Positions 13,201 through 28,200 of a DNA stretch of 64,000 nucleotides are shown here, piece after piece (the first letter of the stretch is position 1; every line of letters begins with the position of its first letter). The stretch is from Yuukianura sp. NJ FZ-2021 (Eukaryota). Location of the stretch: positions 7,812,001 to 7,876,000 of the forward strand of contig CM102286.1 of NCBI GenBank assembly GCA_046563655.1, read 5' to 3'. Below the pieces are notes generated by a model. It saw only the letters and a list, made by a program, of their open reading frames with translations. It was not told the origin of the DNA and made no database searches. Position numbers and translations under genes: made by a program.

Positions 13201-16200
13201 GTGCATGGAAACTTGTTTTGTTAGCTTTTCTAACTTAAATTTCCCCTTTTAAGTTGCTATTTCAGTTTATGTTTTATGATAACCTTTGACTAACTTAACA
13301 CAGTACAAGTTGGAGTGAAATCTTAAAGGTGTGACTCTAATTTCTAGTTCTACATAATAAAATAAAATAGTAGTATGTAGAGTACATACTACTAAAAATT
13401 TTGTTTGGAAAATAGTTTAAAATGCAGTAACATTCGAAAATGGTTTGGTGAAAAGCTGTTTGTTAAACTTTCAAACCAGCCAAGTGACGGTTTACTGTGA
13501 GAGGAAGTGTATTAGATATTCGCAAGATGGCAATCTGCGCAATCCCGCATTTCGAGGAACTGAGGACGGGGTTGGAAAGTGGGATTAAATAAAAAATTGA
13601 ATAGAAAGTGGCACCCCTTTCTTTTGAGGCGGAGAAAGTTCCAGGATTTTTGAAAAAGTTCCTTCCAGGTAGTTCAAACTTTGTTGTCAAGAGGGCCATC
13701 AAAACACTCCAGCACCACAGTCACAATCACAATCCACTTCAAATTGCTTTTTTCCTTCAAAAGTGCTTTAGTGGCTTTGTTCTGCCGAAACTCCGGACGA
13801 TAATCATAACGAAAACTTTGAGAGTTTACAATAACGCATTTCTGAATAAAAATGGTTTCCCTTCCGGAAAATCTTCGAGAACAGGCAATTTCAATTTTCT
13901 CAGTATACGTATTGTAAATGGCGGAAATTAATTTAAAAAACAAACTTTTGGAACGGGGAAATCCAATCTCATTAAATTTGCAAACTCCGGTGCTTCACCT
14001 TTAACCTTTCGAAGTAACATTTGCGAAAAATGGGAAAATTTTGGCACCGAAGTGCTCTTTTTTCCATTTCCGCATCTTAATGGGACTTGTAATTATTTAA
14101 ATCCTATTCAACATAACGAGAGTGAACGAGGCGAAATATTGTTAAGACTCAAGAACTACTTCCGGCCTTCCAAAATTTATGTTCACATTAACCCGTGCAT
14201 ACAGTGTTGTGGTTGTGTGTCATGCATCGCCGATCCATGATTTGCCTACAGATTGACCTTTTGATCTCGTTCAAACCAGAAATTAAATCAGTTTAATTGT
14301 AATTTTTTTGAAGTTGTGCTGAATTGGAGCCAAGTCTAAATAAGAGTTACAGTGTGGCAGTTAGTTTGTAAAGTTGAAGAAATTAGTAGAGCGCGAAATT
14401 GTACGGAATGAACATGAAATTAAAAAGTTGTTAGGCGGAAGAAGCTACTGTGATTATGAGCAATAGGGAATCTGTTGAGGTTTTGTGTTGGCATGCTTGA
14501 CCGCTCAACGCTTTCACACTGCATATTATACAAAAGTATCAAAAGGCAGTTAAGGATAATGAAAACAAGATTAGTGGTTACACTTTTCTATGAATCGCAT
14601 TATTTTTTAACTTTTTAAGATGCTCTGTACGCGTACATTTTCTAAATAATAAAGAATTTTGTTGTTGTGTTGTTGGTTTTTGAAAGTATTAGCGATGATT
14701 TTTGAGCGATGCTTGAGTCAATTAAAACCAAAATTTCTGAAAACAAAGCTTTTCTTTTATTAATTTGAAATTAGATGGCAAATTGTCTAACGGGCTATCA
14801 AGTTTAATTATACGTTTGACGTTGGACAAAAAAAAATGAGTTTGAGCATTGATCTGATTTTACTGATATGGTTAACCTAAATGTTGAAATTTTTTGAAAA
14901 ACTTTCGTGACTTTTGACCTTTTTGACTTTGTTCAAACGAAATAATTGTAGTGAACTTTGATATAAATTATATTAAAGTTCAAAAAAGTTTCCCGTGGTG
15001 GTACTTTGCACGTTTACGAGAAGCAGAAGAAAAGTAGGAGATCGTGCTGAAGTTGAGAAAGGCGATTTCGTTGTTTGTGAAGATCTTAATAAGCAATTTG
15101 TTTCATTAGCAGAAGAGAAGTATTATTATGGCGCAAGAAATGTTTCATTTTGGAATCTTGAACTAACGGTAATTTGTTGTATGGATGACAATGAGAAATG
15201 GGATCGTTACAATTGATTTCTGGTTTGGTCAAGGGAGGAACACGAGGAGGCGGAAACCAATAACTTAGCACAAACGTATGCGGACTTCATTTACACGCTG
15301 CAATATCTTACGCCTCACCACATCTCTGCCAAAAACAAAACAAGGTTTTTGCCTAAAAATCCAAATCTTGAACTTTTTGAATAACATAATGAAAATATTT
15401 TTTCAGAAAAACTTTCCACACATAAAAAAAATCGGTTTCCTTTCCTTTTTGCGTCACGTTTTTGAAGTGAACGCAAGAAAAGACTCTCGTGCTCAAAAAT
15501 CATTTTTGACCGAAAACTATTTAAACCTAATTTAACAACAGCATATTAAAACTATTTTTTAAGTGTGAAACACTGATACAGACGTTTTTTGAACTCGAAG
15601 AAATTGTTTGCGTCATTTTCAAAAAAAAATCCTTTTTTTATGAGATTTCAAAAATGTGGGCTGAAGCATGAAAGTTTGACCTTGACCTTTACTTTACCTT
15701 CAAGTGACGCCACATCATTCAGAGTAGCATCAATATTTTTGAAATTTGACCTGGACCACGACATCCTGCGTGTGGACAGCTTGGAATTGACTAGCAGTAG
15801 ACTGGTTTATTGGCGAAATTTATTACCATGGGCTGCTGATGAGGTAGGAAGTAATGAAGAGCGAAACATGAGAAGATGGTGCCAAGAAGTTGGAGGAAAG
15901 AAAGACTACGGCGTCAATTTTAATGGCTTCGTCACAGAAATAATGGGATCCAAGATACCCTGCGAAAGCTTTTCTTTTCTTTGTCACCAACTTAGTCCTT
16001 TGCAATTACAATTTCTGCGTAACATGAATTTACGTCAACTTCTGAGAATGCTAGTCTTCGCGGCAACAACATCAACTAAACTTTATTAAAAAAAAAGTTT
16101 TATGAATTTCTCTAGTCGAAATTTGGTGAAAAGTAAACAAAAGTTAGTTTTTTCTATTGCAACTGGATTGATTATGATTCCTTTGGTAAACAGTACTTTC

Positions 16201-19200
16201 TCTTTTTCAAGCTTCCGAGAAAGGAGAGGAAACCGGGCGTGTTGGTCCTTCTGGGAGAATGCTGCCGGTTCGAATCCTCCGCTACTTCCGGTTATCTAAT
16301 GAACTAATGGAATTAAAGCTTGAAAGAAGAGATTGGAGCTTCTTAAACCCTCGGCCTGTCTATCTTTGATTTAGGAACGAACTCCAGCGTCCAAGTTCTG
16401 CCTTCAACTGCCTCCAAGAGTCTTTATACTTGAATGGTTCCCTCTGTTTTTGTTCCAGACGGAAGGAGCTCCCTGATTCTCTTAGCCACGGACTACTGCT
16501 GGTAAATGCTGAACTGCGATAGGCGGAATGAGCTTATTCATTGAGTCAACCTCCGGAATGAAAGGGAGCCAGGGTGCTGGAAGTATTTGGTGCTGGAAGT
16601 ATTTCTTCCTATCTCTGTCTACAGATAATTTTCACACTTGGGGAACTTCACTACTTTCACTTTCTCAAAGGAACAGACACTGGGCGCTTTCTCTTTTTTT
16701 TTTTGATTCCGCAGAACTTAGACTTATCCACAAGCTTTCCAGTGAGGAGAGCAAAGCAAACGAATACAAAGCAGGACTCTGGTTTCTATTGTTTAATTTG
16801 CCTAATGGAAAACACAGTACGCCTCCGCATTAAAGTCAGTCTGAAATGTTAGGGGTATACTTTGAAATTATACACTCCACAAAAGCCGTGCCAAATTGAG
16901 TTAGAACCGAAATTCGGAATTCAATTAGATTTTCGGACTGGCTTTTGCAAAGTCCTCAAAGCAAATGCAGACTTCACTTTGGATACATCTTCACATTTGA
17001 GCGGATTAGGAAGCTTTGGTAGTTAAAAACATTAGGCTTAACGACAAAAAAAAATGAAACCGAAAATTTGGACAGACGGTTCTTTTATTACATTTTCGCC
17101 TGTAGCGTAAATTTTGAAAAAAAAAAGTCATCGGAACATAAAAATGAATGAGTTTATGTAACGTGTCGGCAAACGTTGAGGTAGGTTTGTTTTTGTGTTT
17201 GATGACACTAGAGTTGTGGCAAGAAAAGTTATAGATGTGATTGTTTTCGACAATTTTGAAAAAATTCGAACATGGAAAACGGCATTTTATGAGAACTTTC
17301 GAAGCATTTACTTTTTTATTAGAAACCACAAATCAAAGAATAATTCGACGTTTCCTTCTGTGTTTTGAATCATTGCATGATGCATCTTCCGTCTAATTCA
17401 ATTGTCTCTTGTTCCGTTATGTTCCACTTTCCTGCTGCATTTCCAGGTGGATCTGGATATAATCCGGATTGTACGTAAGGAAATAGCGGAGAGACAATGG
17501 ACATCATTGAATAATTGGTTCGATTGATCCGCTTGTGGTTTTAATTCATTTGTTCCAGTTTGAGCCTCTTTGTTTCTCATTCCTTATTGTCTTCAGAGCA
17601 CCCGTCATCGGATGTGGTTTCTTTTGAAAACAATGCCCAGTCCAAAAAATGCTCTACTGGCAGCATCAGCTGCATACTTTGAAGCAGTTTTTAGTTTACG
17701 ATAAAATGAAATTTTTTTGGAAAGAAAATTAAAACATAAAGGGCAACAACAATAAAATTTAACTGTGTAAATGCATAAATTGTTTATTTTAACAAAACGT
17801 AACAAAGATTCATATTCATCTTCTGTTGATTGCAGATCCTATGGAAAAGAAAACAATGAAAGTGAATGGATATTGCTGTGTCTGGAAAATCATCGAAGAC
17901 AAGGTAAGCCTGCATCTCCTTGTTTAAAAACTTTTTTAAACTAACGCATCTGTTAAGACTTCAAGGTTCATTAAGTTGTTCTGCGTTCAAATTGTCCAAA
18001 AATTGTGACAGTTCCCTCAAATTATCCAAAATTTATTGTAACTATTCCCGCTGAATGAGTTGTTTGGATTTCAAAAATTACGAAGTTCATGAAAAATATG
18101 GAGAAACAATTACAATTAAGAACTAAAAATCCTAAAACGCTTTTCCGTTCATGAACATTTGAACCTAGGAAATTTGTAGGACCCAAAAATTTTACTTGGT
18201 GTAATTAATTCATGTTAATTAGAATTACATCTCTGCGGAACTTCAAATGAATTACAAACCCCAAAGTCACGAATTCGGAAGGTTTAGTAAAGGAATGTCA
18301 TTCGTTTAGTTGCAAGGAAATGTTGACAGTAACAAGTTGAAAGGCCCTGACAAGGAATGACTGACACAAGTTTATAGCATCGGAGACATCTTCACAACTT
18401 TTTAAACACATTTTAATTCCCGCTTAAGTTTGTAAATACCTCTGTTTGCATACTAAGGAAAACCAAAATTATGTGCTTAAAAAGCTTCGGCCTGGGTATG
18501 AGAATCAGATTACATTAGATTTTCAATTTCTTAACGTGGCTTAGATGAGGTGGCAAAAATAGAGCATTAACTACTACGTCAGTTTTCTTTTCAATTTTCA
18601 ACGTACACCTACAGATTCAAATTTGTAAAATGCTAAAAAAGACCATTTCATTTTCAAAATTTGTAAAATCATGTTGCAAATCCTTCTGATTCAGAACAGA
18701 CTTTATCAAAGTATTACTAAGAAGTTTCTGTTGCAAAAATAATTAAGACTTAAAACTGCGTAACGATGCTGTCAAAGTAATAAGAAGATTACTACGTTTA
18801 CTACAAGTCAATAAACTGCAAATTAGGAATTGCGGGCACTGCCAAAATACGTTAGACGAGGTCATCGTCCTACTTAAGCCGTAGAATCTCATTAAACATT
18901 TTTTGGCAGGATCTTTTGAATTGATGAATTAAAGAAAATGGAATTGATATGGTAAATGTTGTACACTCAAACAAATGAGGGTTTTGACGAATGAAATGAT
19001 GAATCTGACGCTCTATTAAGAATGATGCGTTCCTTGGCTCACATTCCCCTAATTGTTGAGACAATGGAATTTTCATCTTTAGTTACAAGATGTGATTCTC
19101 ACGGTACAACAAGCGTCTCAGTCCCATGCCTTTTGTCTTTGGCACGTTTTAACAGTTTCTAGTTGAACAATGAAGATGATCAAAGTGTGCTTGGAATAAT

Positions 19201-22200
19201 GGGAGCCTAATGATTAAGTATATGAGATCCACTTCCTATTCTTTTGCTGTCTGTCTATCATTAGTACAACCACTAAAAAAATAATAAAAAGTGTTATTAA
19301 AAACTTTTCGCAATAATTATTCATTCCTTATACTGCCTATTTTTCATGCACTACAATGTTATGTTTCTGGTCCAATTTCTACTTGTTAAGATTGTACGGA
19401 TTTTACGGTTCAAAAAATACCAACTAATTAACGTCCATCTTATACCATCTTTTAGCGCTGCAGCAGAACAAACTTTTTGTTTTGGTAAATTCCTTTGCCA
19501 TTAGCATGAGTGGAGGTCGTTGACCTCAGACGGAAAATGATTTACTCCGCTTTTGAAGGGCGTGGTGTGCTGTCAATTTGTTGTCGTTGAAATATTGATG
19601 ATTAGTTTGAAAAGTTATTGAAAATTTGAAGCTTAAAATTAATTATTGCCTGATTTTAAGCATCGTCTCGTTGCTCGTAACTAGAAGTGGGCCTAGCCCG
19701 AATGTTAACTTGAATTGCAAAATTTTTGAGAAAAAAAAACGGAGTGGGTCTGAACTGTGAACCGGAAGAGAGGGTTTCTACAAATTTAATGGTTTTCATT
19801 ACTCATGTTACACATGTATGTTTCCACATAGGTAGGTTTTTATTGTTGTAATTAGTTACATTACAAAGCGTTGGATAATGTACACGTTGAACCACTTTTT
19901 ATACAAAAGTTACAAACATGAACACCAAAAACTGAGATTCAACATAAAAACTTAACAATCTCAGCCTTTGGTGGAAATTTTAAATTTTAATATTGATTAT
20001 CATTATTTGCACAAAAATAATAAATTTTTGTTACAAAATATCAAGAATGAAAGCAAATCAATTCAAGTTTACCGGAGTAAAACCTACTGCATGGAATTTT
20101 TTCAAGCATTGAAAGCTGGAAAGGTGGAATGGGAAAAGTTGGAGAAAGTTTTTGAATAGACATGCGCGATTTGCATAGCGGTTTGACTGTAAAAAAGTTT
20201 AGAATGGGCGTGACCTGAGTCTATGAAATCCTTCTGATTCGCCTGAAAATGATAAAGTGGATGTACAAGGAAGGCTTCGAGGCGGAAGACTTCCTAAACG
20301 TCCCATGCACAATGTACACAAAAAGTCTATGCAAATCCAGCGCCTGTGTATTTTAGCATATGCGTGTATCTTTCCATTCGGAAGAGTGAAAGCACACGCC
20401 TTTCAGACAGAGAGAAAGTACGCAGAAATGTATCGAACCCTCCCATTTCAAATGACGCACGGAGAAAGTTATTGATTTTGAAATTTAGTTTGCAACTTTA
20501 CAAGTTTTTGTGTCTATAAGTTCCAAGTTTATAGCGATGGATTTGAAATATTTAATACCCACGGAAATCCTTCACTTTTTGTCCAATTTTTTATTCAATT
20601 TTTTTTCTGAAATGCTTTGAAGTGGCTTGATTACAGTTCCCATTTACTTAAATTTTTACGTGCAAAGAGCACATTACCTTTCAAAATGAACATGAATAAT
20701 CAATTTAAAGTTGTATTTTCCTCTTATAATTTTTTGTTGCTAGAAATGCATTAGTGAAAATGATTTTTTAAGCATTTGCTTTTTTTTAACAATCATATGG
20801 AAATACTCGTTTTTTTGGCGATTATTTTGCTTTTAAAACCCGAATTTTTAAACCTTGGGTCTTGGGAAGCTACAACGGAAAGCTACCAATGGGAGTTTTA
20901 TGAGATCGAGAACGCTAACAATTGCAAAAGTCAATCTTTACTCGACAATAAAGAAAACTTCATGCTAGTTTTCCGTGTTTAAGAAGTTCCTGAAAGAAGA
21001 ACATGAAAATTTGAAATAATAAAATATAAGAAGTTTTTGCATGCCAGTGACAGACACGTCCAAACTTTGACCTTTTAAATCTCTCAACTGCATTTCACTT
21101 AATTATGAAGCAAGAGTAAATAAAAATGAATTTAATAAACCATTCAAAATTTTAAAGCCTCTGTATAACAAAACGAGCATGTGAAACTAGCGTAAGTTAG
21201 AAACGGAATTATTAAACGGCACAAACTTGACCTGCCATAAGGTAGTCTGCTTATAAGAGATGTGCAACCCATAGTAGCAAACAGACCGACAAACGCGCCA
21301 AATGTATAAAGTGATTTTTTGTTTTACATGAACTGGTCAATGGCCATGACAGCTCAAAAAGTCGTAAAACATTAAGAAATGCACGGAAACACTTTCTTGC
21401 CCGTCGGTATCACTCAAACGAATTGCAAAAGACAAAGGTTACTTTTTTTGTGTAGTGTGTGAGGGAAAATTAATATTAAAAAAAAACTAAAGATGAGGAA
21501 TGAGTCGTAATATTTTTTCAATTCCATTTTATATTATCCCGTTTTTTGCAAAATTCAAAATAAAATCGCAATTCCAAAAATTGTTGATTTAGCCAAATTG
21601 AGGATGTGAACCTTTTAATAATAAGTGAATTTTATTTACTGACGATTTTGCCATTTCCCTCATCGCGTCCTGTTTTCCACTTCATAAAGTAGTGTTTAGG
21701 TGAGGGAAATCTATAAATTATCAGATTGTAATTTGCACTGAAGAGTAAGTGCATATAACAATTAAGGTGGTGGGGATGAGGCTGTTTAGTAAGCAGAAGA
21801 AGTGGAATGAAGCAATTTGTTCGTCGTCAACTTTTTATGTTTTTTGGCTCCTTTCTTTTTTGGAATTGTTGAGTACTGAAGGAAACAGGGCAAAAAATAA
21901 TAAATTTCTGACGGATGAAATGTTCCTCCTCAACGTGGCAAAGTGCCTTTGAACTGTTTCCCACAACTTAGAATGCACGGATAATACAAAAAGACTTCGC
22001 GTGCTGCTGACCTTTAAGTGTCTTACAATCCATTTGCATGATGCATAATAATTAGACTTTCCAACTCTTGCTTTTAGATGCAACAACGTTACGCTTTGCT
22101 ACTCACATTTCAAAGTTAAGACTCAGATGGAAAGGCGACCTTTGAACTGAACCCATCAATCTTTACCTAAAAAAATATTTCATTATGCATTTTTTTCAGT

Positions 22201-25200
22201 TGTCAAAATTTGCCAAAAGTGGACAAAAAAGAAATCAACACGATGAACGCTAATAATATTTAATTTTTTTCGCATTAGTAACTTAATCATGCCTCGCGAA
22301 AAAATGATATTTTGAACTAAAATTAAGTTTTCCTGGTCAATGGTCATGTCTGACGGGAGTGAATTTAAATTTTAGCAAAAATGGTATGAAAATGTAGAAA
22401 AATTTTGAATTTCGTTTGAATTTAGCTTAATTTGAAATGGAAAAAGTTACACCACAGATTATTTACAAATTATTGGAATGGAAATGATATATGTTTCACA
22501 TTGTTTTATTTTTTAGTTACTTGTCCATTTCGTATTCCAAATTTCACACAAAGGTAAATTAGAGTCATTAAGTCATGCTCTGAAGGATGGAATTGAGTTC
22601 ATTTCAAACTTGTTTTAGTTTTCAGTATACATTTTGTGTGTAAACTTTTCTGTCAAATGTCAAGTTCAAGTTTCAGTACAGTTTTAATCGCACGTCATCT
22701 AATCATCTCTACCATCACGTCTCATATTGTGAAGTCCAAGGGGCTCATTTTCTTAGCTACAAATTATGAGGGAGGTGACAAACACGGTGAAGATGAGCTA
22801 CTACCGTGTGCATAAAGTCCAGTTCCTTCATCAACTTCCCTGCTAATCCATGCACTACTTACTAATTTTGAATTTGGAGGGAACGAAGCATAACCAATTT
22901 GTAAATGGACCAAGTTTTAAATTTCGTGGGGTTTGGATTACACGGGAGCACAAAGAGTAATTTCTTGACACATCTTGACATTTAAATTAGCCACTAAGTT
23001 TAATTTAAACGCAAAGTAAAGTTTAAGTTGAAATCTTTAAATCTTTGAACCTTCCCGCGCACAAACTCCCCCATTCATTTACGCCTATGAAATTTACAAG
23101 GATCTTTTTACGAGATGAAAAATGAGATTTTCTTTGACACGCACTAAAAACCGTAGGATGAGCAACAGTTGTGCAGGAAATCATACCATAAATCCCCAAA
23201 AAATTTTGAAGGCTAAGGACCCTCTTTTTCAAGTGCATTTAAGAAAATCATTAGCAGTTCAGTGTGGGTTAACTTTTTGGAGTAAATAATCTGCGCGTCT
23301 CCAAATTTTCAAAAACAAAACGGCTAATAGTTTTCAATTTTTGAAAAAATACTCATTTTGGAGTGTTATTTATTCTAAGGTCAAGTATATTTTCAAAAAA
23401 AAAAAAGTCCAACTCTTGTTTTTTTTAAATTGGAAATAGAGTGAAGTTAATTTGGAACTGGAAGGGGTGAATTACTTCAAAAATGAAAATACATTTGAAA
23501 TTTTTCCCGTCCCTTCAGATGATGTGTCATTCTTGACTTTTTTAAAATTTGGTTTAATTTGGAGAACCCTGACTGTTTCGAAAGCCTATTTTGGAAAAAT
23601 ATTTTTTGGATAAGCAGTCGTTCCCCTCCTCTCTTTTAAAAAAAAAAGTACTTCAAAAATGAAAAATACTAATTTAAAATTTTTGGAGTGTGCCTCTACT
23701 ACTAAATATAGGGTGTTCATTTTAGTCTCAAGTGGGAAGATGGGGAGGTCAGAAGGCCATTCAGCTCGATTTTGGTTTTGATTAGGTGGATCCTTCCTTA
23801 ATGTTCCGAATTCATGCATGTCCAACGCAAATATAACTCTACGGAGTCGGTCCAAAACAAAAAAAAATCGAAAAAGTCAAAGTGAAGTAGTGGAGAGGTG
23901 ACGTTTGAACCGTGTAAATAAGTTCTAAACGACACATTCGTGATTCCTTCTCATTCATTCTTGGTGAAAGGTGTCTGTCAGATGTTGCAGTCACGATACT
24001 TTCACCGCATTTTATCCATAGTCTATTCCTATTCAAGACGAATATGGTAGTCAAAAATTTTAGGCTTGCGGTTCCAAAATTTATCCAAAACATTCGAAAG
24101 GGGAGCGGCAATTCTAAGAAAAAAATCCCTTAGTTCACTCCTTTGATTTTTGATGAACACCATAAAAATCCAGTCAGTTGTTACTGTTTTGAAAGTTTTT
24201 AAAACATTTCCAAGGTCAGAAACAAAATAAGGCTCAAAACAAAATTACTTCCACACCACCGCGTTTTGCGTTTTTTTAAAACATTTTTTTAAACAAGGCT
24301 TCTCGTTATACGCCCGAGCTCAAATGTGTGGCTCCTGCTAACAAGTTGTCCGAGCCCTTTCAAAAAAAAATTCAGCATCAGGCAAAGGATCTCCTGTTTT
24401 GGGTTTCTAATATTTTCTTAAATTTTTCTTTAAATGTTTTCATCTCTCTCTCAAAGGATTGCTGGAATTGAGTTAGGTTAAGGTTTTTCCCTAACCTAAC
24501 CCTAAACTAAAAGGAAGAAGGAGGTTAAGATTTATGTTTTAAAAAGGAAAACCTCAAGGATGAGAGTCATCTGGCAAAAAGGAGAAAAGAAGTGGACTGA
24601 TAAATACCTTTGTTCTCAGGTATCGAATAAATGAGGCTTCAGTTACTTAATATTTAAGGCTCACTTTGAGTTCTCTCGACCCTTGATTTTTTAAATTTAA
24701 AAAGAGGAAACCAACTTTTAAAAAAGGTTTGAAAAGCGGGCATTTTTGTTGCTCGCCTCAACCTAACCCTAACCTTCCACCTTTTGCATAATATCTGATT
24801 AGGAAGGAGAAGTGTAGGTGTGCGTAGCACTTAAGTATCCATTCCACTTCTGTATCCCTTTCTCTCTCCTGAAGTCAGTGTAAGGGGTCGGTACTTAAGA
24901 CCTAGATCTTCAAAAAACCTAACCTTAACCTACTCAACAATTCCTGTCTAAACCTAACCTAGTCCAAGGCTCACCGCATCTTTTGGCGTTTTGGAATGAA
25001 GGTTAGGGTAGGAGTACCCTTAAGATCACTTTCCTCTGCATAGCATTATCATACTCATCAAGGGCTCTCTCCTCATCTTCTGCGTTGGAAGAGAGTGAGA
25101 GTCCAAGGGTACACATTATGTAATGTTGTAAAAAAACGAAGATAAGTACTCCCACATCTGCCTCCTGATTCATTTACCACCCTGCAGGAGCAGGGAATTG

Positions 25201-28200
25201 ACGGATAGACCCACGAGCTAGTCTTCGCAGCTTCAGATCCAGCGGTCGACGGCCGCCCAAAGCAAAGACCCTGGTTAGGCAAAGCCATAAGTGCTAGGCA
25301 AAAGCTTGAAAAAAGGAAGAAATGGGCATTTTTTGGGTAAGAACAGTGAAGTTTGGTGGTGTGGAGAGTAGTGGAGAGGCCTAATAGCGTTTGCGCTGGT
25401 TCGGACGGATGGTCAGTCAGGATTTTAGTGTGGGATGAGGCTGTGGAAGACTCTATCTTCACTTGTTCCTCCTTTGGATTGGACGTTGTTGGTCCAAGAG
25501 GTCAGAGTCCCGGTTTTCAAAAGAAAGTGAAAGTACTTTCTTCAGCATAGCCTTCCATCAGACACATGTCAAGCACAGTAGTCACAAGTCATTATTGTCA
25601 TCTGACACACTTTTATTCCGGTGAGCTGCAATGTTAGACACTTCTAAAAAAGCTTAGAGCTAAGAAGAAAGTGAAAGTTGGAAAAGTGAAAGCATTTAAC
25701 AAACTGTTGACAAAATTATTCAACTTCGGCTGCCAAAAACTCAAAAATTCCAAAATTGACAAAAGCATTCCAGATTCTCCAGAATTCAATTTGTCACTTT
25801 CTCCAAGCTGAAAATTTGAATTTTCGCACAAGTCGAATAACCATTTCCAAAAACTGATTTTTTTTTTGATGTTTTGTTTTCAACACCCTGAGAGACTGGT
25901 CTCACATGGTTATTTCTGGTAATCTCCTAATTCCAGCAGAGGAACCAATAGACTTTTCAGCCCGGGGTATGAAAAGAGTCATTGATCAACACCAGCAGCA
26001 GCGTCTGGCTCAAATTAGCACCACGGCCAACCTCCACCTCTCCACCAATCACCTTCCAGTTGGTCTCCTTGGCCCTGGTCAACTGCTTGGGCAGGTCAAT
26101 GGAGGTCACCATTTATTATCTCCTGGGTCCGGCATGGAACGAAGTCTCAGCAGTGGTTCCAGCAGTTCAACTGCCAGCAGCAGTAGTCCAACGAGCGGAC
26201 AGAGTCATTCCAGTACTTCAAAACTAGCAAAACTGTCCGGCTCACAGCAACCGCATCACATTCTCCTCATGAATAACAATAAGCTGAGCTCCAGTTCCAG
26301 CTCCAGCGGTAGTCACAAACGCAAGAACTTCAATAATAACAACAACTCCAGTCAGAACAATAATATCAACAATCATCTCAATCTTCTACACAATCCGAAT
26401 ATGCTACTCTCTCGACTTATTTTGCCAACTTTACCGACAGCAGCCCTTGGCCCAGTGGCCAACTCCAGAGCTTCTCCACCCTCTGCAATGATCCATCACG
26501 GTCAAGGTCAAAGGTCAAATTCACCAGGAAGCGAACTCAGCCAAGAGTCACCACCGAATCATCGCTCCCACAACCATCACCACCATCATCATCACCGACA
26601 TTCTCAGCAACCCCATGACAACTCTTCAGATGAGGACGAAGAGCCGAGGGATTTCAGAGGTAAATTCAAAATTTCTGAAAATTTTCAACAACCACTTTCC
26701 GCTCGAGTGGATTTTTAATCAGAGCAGTATTGTTGTTTTGAAATTGCCCGAAACTTTTCCACCCCCACGCGTAATGCTCTTATTCACCCACGCAAAAACC
26801 TCAATAGTTTTGTCAAATTTTGATTTATTCTAAAGTATTTTGAGGTTAAAATTTTGATTGCTACCTTTTCATGGTAGGAGGGCAGAGGTTAGGGTCACTC
26901 TTGTGCTGGACAAAGCCGTTGGACCCATTGTTACGCTACGGATTAGATATGCTTCCATTATGTTCAGAAGCCATAGGCAGGCAAACGTTTTTCGAAAAGC
27001 GTAGGAGTAGTGCAGGACAGATTTTATTATCATAATTTTGTTCCCCTCTGCTTTGCAACCCACGCTATAGTAAATTTGGTTAGGTAAACAAAAGTCCTAT
27101 AGTTACTCCCTCCATACGAACGTACTTCTGGGTTTTGAACAATTGTCAATTGAGTAGTTCCAAAGTTCGGAATGGATTCAATGCTCCACTTGGATGAAAC
27201 AGAACAAACTTTTTCTTTCTGTCATGGATTATTACGTAAAGGTCCAAATCAGTCTAGATGTGTTGAGGGTGAACTGATTTTCTAAATTTTTGAAAAAGCA
27301 CTCTGTGCTTGAGTGATTGAATTTAAATTCATGCGGGGGTGGACTGGAGAGCTCACAACTACGACATGCTGTAGAAGGGGATGATGAATTTTTGGAAGAT
27401 GAGAGGACGGATGGAACTTATTTTTGGGGTTGAATCATATATTCAATTTTTAGAAAAACGGAGGATTTGAAATTTTGGAATAATGGTTTCTATGGTCTAA
27501 TATTACTCCCACACAAGGGAAGGGGGGCCCTTTAAGTAGATCTCTGCATGCAAGGACCTATTCAGATGAAAACCTGCTGCTAAAAGTGGGGGACTTCATC
27601 CCTGTAGAGATTACATGCGGGATGCAGGGTTCCCTTTTTTCTAAATTTCTAAATGAGCGAAATGTTGAGGCTAACTTGGAACTTTAGAACAGTTCCCTGA
27701 CCAACCCTAAAGTAAGTACCCTTGACTGAGCCTTTTGTTTTGGTGGTGCCTTTACAATCTCTAAGGGCTCCTATGCTCCAGACTAACTTAACTTAACGTA
27801 CAAAATAGATTTCTCGCCTTATTGCCTAAAGTTCCCTTTGTTCTTGCCTAAACAAGGGGCTTAACATTTTCATTTCAAAATTTCAAAATTAGACGCTTTT
27901 CGGTCTAAACTCTCTTCCAGATACAAAACGGCTTTCATTTTCACCAAATTGAGTATTTTCCACTCGCCTCGTTTGTGTTAGTTAAAAAAAAACAGCTAAA
28001 TTTTATTAATTGAATTAATACTTTTATAGTACAAAGTCTCGTAGTTCTTTACAGGAAAAATGGATTGATAAGGTTTTGCGATGATATTTTTAGTTTAGAA
28101 TTTAGGCAGTAGTGTTTTAATGTAACATTTAAAATTTTCATGAAAGCCTCAAATCTTTTGTTGAATACGGGAAATTGGAAAACTTAAGAGTCAGTTATAA

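Noticed and set aside
15589..16089. 166-aa ORF
   Set aside because: Non-ATG start, no recognisable motif and no consistent splice partners found.
16234..16290. GGTTCGAATCC B-box/T-loop motif suggesting a tRNA or SINE
   Set aside because: The T-stem does not pair, and there is no anticodon arm, acceptor stem or convincing A-box.
18870..19076. 68-aa minus-strand ORF
   Set aside because: Short and isolated, with no motif or splice support.
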